From: Octopus vulgaris
Lineage: Eukaryota
Assembly: GCA_951406725.2 (NCBI GenBank)
Contig: OX597823.1
Span: 45,074,001 to 45,138,000 of the forward strand
Direction of reading: 5' to 3'
Length of the DNA: 64,000 bases
Both the position numbers and the translations under genes were made by a program. Positions 53,134 to 64,000 of the stretch are shown here, one piece after another (the first letter of the stretch is position 1; each line of letters starts with the position of its first letter). The notes under the pieces are model-generated. The model searched no databases. It saw only the letters and a list, made by a program, of their open reading frames with translations, and was not told the origin of the DNA.

Positions 53134-54151
53134 TTAAACGATAAAACTCCATTCTTTAACCAAAATAGATTAGTATAAAGTATGATCCAGTAGATTAATC
53201 TATTCTTCTCCACAGTCACCCTATTTCTTTGATTCCATTGGAAGTGGTTCTATTGAAAGAAGAAGTGTTATTGATATTTCTATAAAATGCTCCAAGTTAT
53301 AATAATTGTTTTGTGTTAAAGTGCCTGAGAGTTGCCTTAAAAATAAGCTCTTTGTCTTGATAACCATGATTGCAGGCTTTGATTGGCATATTGCCAAAAG
53401 AAATATGCCTGACTTTTCAGAATAGTACAATAGCATCTTTCTGTCTTTGGAGTTTCTTTTGAGTTGTGACTGAAATCACATTTTGGGTGAGGCATTAATA
53501 AAAATTTGTTTCAAGAGTCAAACCAAGAAGTATAAAAGGTGTGACTCTCTGAGGCAGCCTCCATATAGTCGCTCTATACGCTAGAAGTAGTAGCTACATT
53601 TGCTTAAATTCCAACTGTGGTGTTGTGAAAAACAGGAGGGACTCCTTTCCTATCTGAGAACAAAAATATTGCGAACAAAATATTGAGAACAAAATATCTG
53701 AGAATAAAAATATACATGTCTACTTCCACAATGTTTTATATATAACCACCAGCGAACTTCCACCATGGGTCATCACAATTGCTTAAGGTAAAAATGAATT
53801 TCGCTCTTTCGGAAACATCAATCTTCTGTATTGACCGCTTTCCACCACTTTGATCTGTTTTTTGTATTGAATACGTATCGCCACCATGGGCCACTGCATC
53901 GAACACTTTGAACATATACTTCAAACTATATATCAACTATACATGAACTATATATCAACTATACATGAACTCTAAGATGTCTGACTCCGTTGTGTATTAT
54001 AAATGAATTTCTTGTGTTTGACGGCATGAGCTGTCTTTTTTATATATAACTTTTTTTGATAAGGTTCATTTCAGGAACTGAAACATGTTATAATGTATAT
54101 ATAAAAATTAAAAATTGTATAATACAGCAGCATTTTCGAACTTCATTTTTT

Positions 54152-54206
<55 letters not shown>

Positions 54207-54495
54207 CATACATATATGAATGCATGGATGCATGGATGCATAGCTATAAGCTGTAGGAACTTTTAAATAAAGAGGTTTTCAGATATGAATAAAATCTCTA
54301 CTCTTCTCTTTATTATCAAGTATCCGGGCTGCTGGAATAGTAGTGAAGCCAAATCTTGCAGAGTGAAGCTATAGTAGAAGACACTTGCCCAAGGTGCTAT
54401 GCAGTGGAATCAGAACCATGTGCTTGGGAAGTAAGCTTCTTACCACACAGCCTTGCTAGTGCACCCCACCTCCCAGTTCATGTAGTTCTTAGTAA

Positions 54496-54736
54496 TGGCT
54501 GGTCAGAAAGCCACCATTGGTTTCACATCTATTATTGCTCTTAGCAGTATAGGCAACTCATCAGACCCACTGGCTGGAGGTACACAACCTCTTTACTAAT
54601 GGAGGTAAGTATACAGAGTAAGAATATCTCCACTAGTAAAGAGGTTATTCGGGGCTGGCCAGCAGGCCTGATGGGTCGCCTATATTGCTAAGAGCAATAA
54701 TAGATGTGAAACTAATGCTAACTTTCTGACCAGCTA
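54496..54736. mobile_element. Fold-back element / MITE forming a ~240-nt hairpin
   Basis: GTTTCACATCTATTATTGCTCTTAGCA / TGCTAAGAGCAATAATAGATGTGAAAC perfect 27 bp; inner AACCTCTTTACTA / TAGTAAAGAGGTT. Confidence 0.8.
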
Positions 54737-55164
54737 TAACCCATGACTACACAAAGTATTTCCACTCAAAAACATTTTTAGAGTATGCTTCTTTTCAGAC
54801 TTATGAACAATTGACCAATTATATATATGAATGTATGTAGTTCACAGATGAGATCCAGATATTCTCTGTATAAACTATACTTTTTAGTGCTCAAAAGATT
54901 TAAACTTGGACGGGTATAGGAGAAAATGTAGAGATAAGTGAATTAGACAGATCAATAGATAAAGTGTATTAAATACAAGAAATACAAATGATGTTTATAT
55001 GTAGACATATAAAAAGCCCAAGTTACTCAGAGTACAAACGATATAGAGAATTAGAGGATGAAGGAAAAGAATTACAGGGGTGAAGGATTTGTAATTCTTT
55101 CCCTTCAACTCTTTAATTCCCTATATCATTTGTACTCTGTGTTAGTTGGATCTAATTATATGTA

Positions 55165-55390
55165 TACTCTTTACTCTCTTTTACTCTTTTACTTGTTTCA
55201 GTCATTTCACTGCGGCCATGTTGGAGCACCACCTTTAGTCGAGCAAATCGACCCCAGGACTTATTCTTTGTGAGCCTAGTACTTATTCTATTGGTCTCTT
55301 TTGCCGAACCGCTAAGTTACAGGGATGTAAACACACCAGCATCGGTTGTCAAGTGATGTTGGGGGGACAAACACAGGCATACAAACATAT

Positions 55391-55447
<57 letters not shown>

Positions 55448-55610
55448 CGACGGGTTTCTTTCAGTTTCCGTCTACCAAATCCAATCACAAGGCTTTGGTC
55501 GGCCCGAGGCTATAGTAGAACACACTTGCCCAAGGTGCCAAACAGTGGGACTGAACCTGGAACCATGTGGTTTGTAAGCAAGCTACTTACCACACAGCCA
55601 CTCCTACGCC
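55165..55610 (-). mobile_element. SINE family A, full length
   Basis: Near-consensus copy. Confidence 0.9.
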
Positions 55611-56125
55611 TATACATTTTTTGGCATTTCTTGTATTTAATATATTATGTATATTGATCTGTCTAATTTGCTTATCCCTACATTTACCTCTGTATGAATG
55701 TATGAATGTATGAAGGTATGTATGTATGTATGTATGTATGTATGTATGTATGTATGTATGTATGTATGTATGTACGTACCAGTGTTGTTTGATGGTTATT
55801 GTAGTGGGTGCTGCCACACCCAATGCCACCAAATTTCAAGCAGGAGTATAACAAAAGATTTTTATTAAGATTTGTAACTAAATTAATGAATAAGGTAAAT
55901 ATATATCAGGAATTTTCTATTTTCAATGGGTGTGCAGTACACACAGTACACCCAGAATATATGCCCTTGGTATGTATGTATGTATGTATGTATGTATGTA
56001 TGTATGTATGTATGTATGTATGTATGTATGTATGTATGTATGTATGTATGTATGTATGTATGTATATGTATGTATGTATGCATGCATGTATATATGTATA
56101 TATACATATGTGTGTACATATGTGT

Positions 56126-56535
56126 AGCTATGTGGTAAGAAGCTTGTTTCCCAAGCACATGGTTCTAGGTTCTGTCCCACTGCATGGCACATTGGGTAGG
56201 TGCCTTCTGCTCTAGCCTCGAGAAGGAAACTTAAAGTAGCTTATCACATATACATATGTGTGTATGTATGTGTGTGTGTGCGTGGGTGTGTATGGGTGTG
56301 TGTTCCAGTCTCTGTGCCTTGATATCATGTGGTAGTCATAAATGAGTGTCATTGTCATGCAAGTGGTGTCCTTCGTTTCCAGTTTTTCATAAAAACAAGC
56401 CTGATCACGGGAACAATATTACATTATTTGGAAACAGGTGAGGGTTTGTGACAGGAAGGGCATCCAGCTGTAGAAATTATGCCTCAACAAATTCCATCCA
56501 ACTCGTGCAATCATAGAGAATTGGATGTTGAAATG
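56126..56535 (+). mobile_element. SINE with family A head and RTE-type tail
   Basis: Head 56126-56245; GGAAGGGCATCCAGCTGTAGAAA...GGATGTTGAAATGA tail. Confidence 0.65.
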
Positions 56536-57145
56536 ACAATGGCAGCATTGACGGCAACAATGATGACAGCAACGATGACTATAATGATGACAATGACAAT
56601 GACAACAACAACGATGATGACAATGGCGACAAAGATGATGACTATGATGATGATGATGACAATGACAACAACAATGATGATGACAATGATGACAACGATG
56701 ATGACAACGATGATGACTACAATGACAATGATGACAACGACGATGACTACGATGATGACGATGACAATGCTAACAACAGCGATGATGACAATGGTGACAA
56801 AGACGATGACTACGATGATGATGATGTCAATGACAACAACAACAATGATGACAATGACAACGACGATGACTATTATGATGACGTTGTCTATGATGATGAT
56901 GATGACTACGATGATGACAATGACAACAACAACGATGATGACAATGATGACAACGACGATGACTACGATGATGACGATGACAATGACGACAATGACGACA
57001 ACCACGACAATTACAATGATGATGACGATAGCAATGACAACAACTATGATGATGATGACTACGATGATGATGATGACTACGATGATGACGATGACAACGA
57101 CAACAACAGTGATGATGACAATGACGACACCCACGACAATTACAA

Positions 57146-57148
<3 letters not shown>
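56530..57148. repeat. Degenerate (GAT/GAC/AAC)n array, about 620 bp
   Basis: Directly follows an RTE-type tail. Confidence 0.9.
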
Positions 57149-57179
<31 letters not shown>

Positions 57180-57383
57180 CTGGGAATGAGTTTTGTGTAG
57201 AGGGAAGAAGACTTCCATGAGTTTTGTTGTTGCAGGCAACTACATGTATTTATTTGTTAATGACATCAATATACAGATGTATAGAACTACTATATTTGAT
57301 GTTTTGCATGTGCTCGTATATAGCTATGTGCTATGTATTTGCATGTGTATGAGCGTGCATGCATATGTGTGTGCATGCATGCA

Positions 57384-57500
<117 letters not shown>

Positions 57501-57647
57501 GTCGATATATCTATCTACATATGTGCTTGTCCTCCTCCTCCTCCTCATCATCACCATCATCATCATTATAAATATGACACCATATTATAGTTTCATGATA
57601 GCCAAATTATCACTGTGTTGTATATATATATATATATGTACACACTA

Positions 57648-57680
<33 letters not shown>

Positions 57681-58053
57681 TATATATAGATAGATAAATG
57701 TATGTAGCTACATATGTATTATGCATAAGGCATAGATGTAGGCATACACATATGTGTGTATGTGTGCATGTGTGTGTGTGTGTGTGTGTTGTATGTGTAT
57801 GTATGAGAGAGAGAGAGAAGGTTTATGTATGTGTGTTTGTGTGTTTGTGGCGTACTTATCAAGAAAGTTCCATTGCTTAGTAAGCCAGAGGCAAGTACAT
57901 GAGTTTGCATTAGAAAAACTTTCTTTGATCTGACACAACTTCATCTATATTCACCAGTGATTAACAAGTAAATAGGTTCAGATATAGAGAAATCTATTGG
58001 TCTCACACACACACATACACACACACACCACACACACACACCACTCCACACAC

Positions 58054-58088
<35 letters not shown>

Positions 58089-58196
58089 TTTCTTCTCTAA
58101 TTCATCCATTTGTATTTGTCTCTTAAATTCTTTATTTTCCCCTCCTCTACACTCACACTGTGTGTCTGTATATATATGAGTGTATATATATATATG

Positions 58197-58267
<71 letters not shown>

Positions 58268-58433
58268 TAAATTAGAGATAAAACCACTATTAGGCAAATC
58301 ATATGTGTGTATATATATATATATACACACACACACACATACACATATTCATAGAAATCTATCTGTTTAATATATGTATGCGTTGGTATGTGTGTGCACG
58401 TGTATGCATGTGTGTGTGTGTGTGCGTGCGCAC

Positions 58434-58464
<31 letters not shown>

Positions 58465-58891
58465 CATATATTCATATACATCTAAAAATACGAATTCATG
58501 CAGAAAATATATTTAGAAAATGTCTGTGAGAAAGAAACACATTTTTAAAAGTGCTTCTAGTTAAAATATGTTCAGTTATTATAATGTTTTTATTATAATA
58601 TCTATATTTATGATACTGCAGTTTATATATCAACTACAATTGTACACATGTCAACTAGGGATTACCAGTTTCAACAAGAATCTTAAGTAATTGAAAAGTA
58701 GTCAGCTTTTACTATAGCGCAGTACTGAAACGAAGCTTAGAATTGAAATCTTATCAGCCCAGGCATGATAAGTAGGCCGCAGCATATAACTGGTCTTGAA
58801 TTCCAACCAAGCATATTATAACTGCAATCATTTGATTGCATGTAAATCTAGTGGAATTTTAAATTTTTTTTCCACCAAAACATGGTTATAA

Positions 58892-59280
58892 ATTCTGTTG
58901 TGTCTGGGGAGAGTCATTTTCTTTTTGTGCCTTATAATGTAACACACTCACCGGCAAAATTTCCACTTATTTCTTATTTTTATTTTCCTAAAATTTTCGT
59001 TGCATCTTGCAACCTTTTCAATAGTCAAGAGTATTTTAGGAAAATAAAAATAAGAAATAAGTGGAAATTTTACCGGTGAGTGTGTTACTTTATAAGGCAC
59101 AAAAATAAAATGACTCTCACCAGACACAACAGAATATGCTTCAACACATGAACTCTTATAAAGAATCTTGCAAACCAAATCCAAAAACGAAATGTGGCTA
59201 TAAATATAAAAGCAAAAGAGAACCAGTGCTGAGATATGAGAAGGTCCAAGCAAGACAAAACAGACAGAGACAAGATTCTT
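58892..59280. mobile_element. Penelope-like terminus with ~103-bp inverted arms (58892-59135) and hammerhead-like motif at the loop
   Basis: Near-perfect arms; minus strand CTA-TTGAAAAG-GTTGCA-AGA-TGCAAC-GAAAATTT-TAG; related fragment at 26003-26052. Confidence 0.65.
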
Positions 59281-59839
59281 TGTCATGACCCATCCTTCTG
59301 TATAAAAGGATCATTTTGGCTTCAATGTACTTCTTTGAGCATGTACCATGAACACAATATCTTTACCTCATGCCACATCAATATGTAGTTAGTCAGTTCT
59401 TAGTCAAACACAATATTTATTCATGTCTCTTTACTGGTGAACAGTGATGCAACCTCCAGCAAGTAACTTTAGTAATCAATGTAAACTTCGTATATAAATA
59501 AATGGCCTTACCAAAGATCTAAATGGACTTGACTGTATATAGGAAACAGCAGACAGTGAAATTCAGCCCAACCAAATAACAATCACTCATCTCAGCTAAC
59601 TGGAATTACAGTACTAATTATTTAGTCTGATGCTGAGAGTATTTGTTATATTACTCGTGACATTACTTTGTATATTTCATTCCAAGATATATACTTGTGA
59701 TGGCTTGCTCACTTAACCAGCAGGGTGGCATCATTTGAAGGCTAAAATGACACATAGTGCATTGTGACCAGCGCTGTGTAACAACATCCAGTAGTCTAGT
59801 CTATCATGTGGTTATGTAAAGAGTAAAGATCCTCTTCAG

Positions 59840-60140
59840 TCATGAATGATGATGAGATTGCACTTAGAAAGTTGCCCTTCGTGGTGCAAATCTGAGCTAA
59901 GTTGTTTATGGAAGACCAGCAGTTGCCCGTGCATACCAGCCTCCTCTCTACATGCCACTGATGTTACCCAAGGGAAAGGCGAAAGCCAATACAGTTTGGC
60001 ACTAGTGATATCACAACTCATTTCTACACTTGAGTGAACTGGAGCAACATGAAAATAAAGTGTTTTGCTCAAGAACACAACACACAACCTGATCAGGAAA
60101 TTGAACTCACTACCTCATGATTGTGAGCCCCATGGTCTAA
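59840..60140 (-). mobile_element. tRNA-derived SINE, family C-type head with a different tail
   Basis: TTGAGCAAAACACTT...TTGCTCCAGTTCACTC on minus strand, as at 14790-14840. Confidence 0.65.
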
Positions 60141-60757
60141 TGTGATTATGTGGTATACTGGTAATGCTACGTACTTGAATGTCTGTCAGTCTGTCTGTAA
60201 ATATGCATGCAAATATGCATATTATATATTCTAATTGTTCTTTCACTTAGCATCTATTTTTCCATGCTAACTTGCATTGATTAGGGACTTATTAGAAGCA
60301 GATTTTTTCAGTCAGCTGCACTTCCTCCCTCCAATCCTAACCTGTTTTTGAAGTAAGGGTTTTGTTATTCCACAAGACTTCAAAAGTTTGGAGCTGGATG
60401 AGGAATATACACATCATATCACTATTTCAGTTAGTGACAAGCAATAGAGGAACATATTAAGTGGTTTATCACTATGAATTCACTGTCAACATGATAAAGT
60501 ATTAACTGCTTGTTCAGTTCTGTTCACTTCTATTAATTAAATTCTGTTATTTAAAATTTTGCTTGTTAATCTATGTCAAGTAGTTTTCTAGTAAACTATT
60601 AACAAAATCTTGAGTTCTGCATTACAAACCCACTGTCCTAAGAGCGGCACACTGAATAAGGGACATGTTCAATAATGGGGAAGAATTTTCATGTTTTAGC
60701 TTCATATATATTTTGAGTTAGTGAATTTTTACATTCTCACAATTTCCTGTAATTCAG

Positions 60758-60882
60758 ACACCAGCAGACAAAATGGAAAAGGTGTACCCTGGAGGATGGT
60801 GAAGAAGATGCACTGGAACATCTACTCTGACTCATGGGGCTTGCATTTGCAGACAGCTGTCTCTACCCCACCCCACCGATAG
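60758..60882 (+). CDS. Candidate terminal exon, product unknown
   Basis: TTTCCTGTAATTCAG acceptor, GC-rich island, one frame open (TSRQNGKGVPWRMVKKMHWNIYSDSWGLHLQTAVSTPPHR*), AATAAA at 60952. Confidence 0.2.
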
Positions 60883-60974
60883 CCGTGAGCAGGAATACGG
60901 TCTGGAGGTTTTATTTTGCTTTTATAACATTCTTCTTCAAAAAGCCAAACTAATAAAGCCTATGAACCCATTCA

Positions 60975-61194
60975 CTTTGCTTTTCATTCTTTAGAGTCAA
61001 TAAAATAAGTACCAGTAAACACCGGGGTGCATGTAATCAATGAACCCTCCTCTGAAATTGCTGGCCTCGCACTAAAATTTAAAATCATTATTATTATTTG
61101 GGGTCGATAAAATAAGTATAAGTTGAACTCTGGAGTCAATGTATTCGACTTAACCCCTTCCCCATGAAATTCTGGCCACATGCCAAAATTTAAA

Positions 61195-61275
<81 letters not shown>

Positions 61276-61460
61276 TAAGGCAGAATCGTTAGCACACCAG
61301 ACATCTGTCATTATGTTCTGAGTTAAAATTCTGCTGAGATTGGCTATGCTTTTCATCCTTTTGGGGTTGATAAAATATGTACCAGTTGAGACTGGGGCTG
61401 ATGTAATCAACTTACCTCCATCCCCCAAATTGCTGGCCTTGTGCCAAAATTTGAAACCAT
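60975..61460 (+). mobile_element. Tandem partial SINE B variants separated by (ATT)n
   Basis: Three G[A/G]GT[C/T][A/G]ATAAAATA...CAAAATTT[A/G]AAA modules. Confidence 0.7.
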
Positions 61461-61481
61461 TATTGCTATTATTATTATTAA

Positions 61482-61533
<52 letters not shown>

Positions 61534-61672
61534 GGGTGAGAGAGTAGCAGATGCCATCAAAGTGATACTGGAATAAAATATATGAAGCCCACTATACCCA
61601 TCATGACTATTCATCTGATAAGAGTACACCAGGCACATGCATATATGTGCACGACATGGTGATCACATATCA

Positions 61673-61730
<58 letters not shown>

Positions 61731-62139
61731 TGAATAGCCCGCCTCACTCAAAAGGTCCCTGAATATGGGTTGTTTAAGGATGTTAAATGAAACACCCATA
61801 TTTCCAGAGGTGAATTATCCAAACCCCAAAGAATTCCTCTCAACACATGGCTATGATGCTCCCCCACTATTCCTGATGGTGACTGGAGATGCACATATTA
61901 TCAGCCACCAAGGGACATTCTCAACTGGTGAAGGTCAAACAACTGACAAGCAAATCTGTGGTATTGAGCAGAATATTTGCTGTAGCCTATCTTTTATACC
62001 AAGACAAAATATATATATGATAACACTTCCAATCAGTTAAGATAAGAAGCCATGACAGCCACTGCTTGGTACTGCTCAAAGCATTTGTTATGATTATTAT
62101 TATAAAAATTGACGTTAAATGAAGATCATCATCATCATA

Positions 62140-62198
<59 letters not shown>

Positions 62199-63292
62199 CA
62201 TAATCGTTGTTATCGTTATTATTTTAAAAGAATGGTGGGTAGCAAAATCAGTAGAACATCAGCCTTGCAATATTTAGTTCTATCCCTTTATGCCCATTTT
62301 GAATGTTCCTGAGATTGAACTGGTCTTTCATCTTTCTGAAATCAATGAATACATACAAGTCAAATAGTACAATTGGTTAAATCAATTCACTCATCTCTCC
62401 TTCACAATTATGTGGTTCCTCTGCCAATATTAGAAAACATTAGTTGGCAGTGGGTTGGCATCATTGTTAGAAATATGAACAAAATTCCTTGAGGTATTCA
62501 TTCCGATATTTTGCAGTCTGAGTTCGAATTCTGGAGAGCTTAACATTGGGTTTTATCCTCCTGGGATCAATTTACTCAATTAACATCCCCCCCTCAAACA
62601 TTTTGGCTTTGTTTCTGTGTAAGAAATCATTACCGACTTTATGATTTCAGGGATGCTTTAAAGGTTTCATGTTAATAACAGTATTATCATCATCATCATC
62701 ATCATCATCATTGTCGTTGTTGTCGTCGTCGTCGTCATCCTCCTCTTCCTCCTCCTCCCCCTCCTCCCCCTTCCCACTTCCACCTCCTCTCCTCCTCCTC
62801 TTCATCATCATCACCATCAACACTCTTCTTCTTCTTCTTCTTCTTCTTCTTCTTCTTCTTCTTCTTCTTCTTCTTCTTCTTCTTCTTCTTCTTCTTCTTC
62901 TTCTTCTTCTTCGTAGAATTAGTATTTCTTTTAACTTTAAATTTCAACTCTTTATTATTTGTAAAAATAATAAAAAAGCAAAAAAAAAAAAAAAATTGGA
63001 CAGGCATAAAATAAAGTAAATATAGATTTAATAAAAATTAAATGTTGTTCAATTTTTGTAGATAGAAAAATCGACTCAGACATAATCTGTTTAGAATAAT
63101 AGTAGGTTGAGAAACTGTTATTTTCGCCATATTTATATATGAGAATAATGCAATTAATTATATAAAAATATACATAGATAATAAATACTATATAAACATT
63201 TATATCTGAGTATGTGTGTATGCGTGTTTGCATATATGTACGTGTATACACACACACACATGCATATATACATACATACATACATACATACA

Positions 63293-63365
<73 letters not shown>

Positions 63366-63521
63366 TTATATGTATATATATTATCATCATTTAGTATTTG
63401 CTGCTGCTGATATATATATATATACATACTTACAATATACGCGTATATATAATACACACTCATGCACTCATATATTGTAGATTCACAAATTTATACATAC
63501 TCATATATGTGTGTGTGTGTG

Positions 63522-63558
<37 letters not shown>

Positions 63559-63561
<3 letters not shown>

Positions 63562-63633
63562 GTCCCGGGTTGATTCGGGGTTAACCACAGTAAGTATATA
63601 TATATAGTCCTGTAGAAGCTCCTTCTATATAAT
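63559..63633. mobile_element. Two opposed fragments of the 35242-35428 family inside (TA)n
   Basis: TAGGTCCCGGGTTGATTCGGGGTTAACCACAGTAA (reverse complement of ~35394-35428) and TAGTCCTGTAGAAGCTCCTTCTATATAATAA (forward copy of 35328-35358). Confidence 0.85.
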
Positions 63634-63634
63634 A

Positions 63635-63721
<87 letters not shown>

Positions 63722-63757
63722 AATATATATTTATATATATATATACATATATATATT

Positions 63758-63797
<40 letters not shown>

Positions 63798-64000
63798 TAT
63801 ATATATATGTATATCTGCATACACACACACACACACACACATATATATACATGTGTGTGTTACACACACACACATACCATCGTTCATCATCATTATTACT
63901 TCATGTCTCTTTTTTCATGGGTTGGACAGGTCATTATGGTTCAACTTAGTTCTTGTTCAGGATATATATGTGTAAGTGTACACACACACATACACGCACA

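Noticed and set aside
53216-53302. Exon after TTCTTCTCCACAG (SPYFFDSIGSGSIERRS...)
   Set aside because: Only 28 codons, no donor or homology; not distinguishable from chance
56479-57239. Met/Thr-rich or Asp-rich biomineralisation-type protein
   Set aside because: Array is the expanded tail of a retroposon and ends in (TA)n
61533-62090. Coding exon (ORF 61765..62040)
   Set aside because: Bounded and interrupted by (ATT)n, no splice signals; more likely an unclassified retroposon fragment

Overview
AT-rich, microsatellite-dense eukaryotic DNA, most likely intronic or intergenic sequence from an octopus or other coleoid cephalopod (inferred from repeat-family style, not checked by search). No intact host gene was recognised, and almost all ORF-track entries are translations of microsatellites or SINEs. 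The window holds many copies of at least 3 tRNA-derived SINE families, LINE fragments (two RTE types, CR1-group, an R4/Dong-like C-terminus), a Penelope-like (Naiad-type) ORF fragment, a probable solo LTR, Helitron/Helentron elements, and hAT, mariner and piggyBac-type MITEs. The strongest hidden signal is a set of about 8 minimal hammerhead-ribozyme-like motifs in unrelated sequence contexts, mostly in or beside long fold-back inverted repeats, as in Penelope-like elements. One lies inside a tRNA-headed (Pol III) element whose head is duplicated as a palindrome: a candidate Penelope-mobilised, ribozyme-bearing SINE. A hairpin motif in the RTE 3' UTR is amplified 1x to 14x. A few low-confidence + strand exon candidates are noted. 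Coordinates were read by eye; ends of old repeats are approximate.
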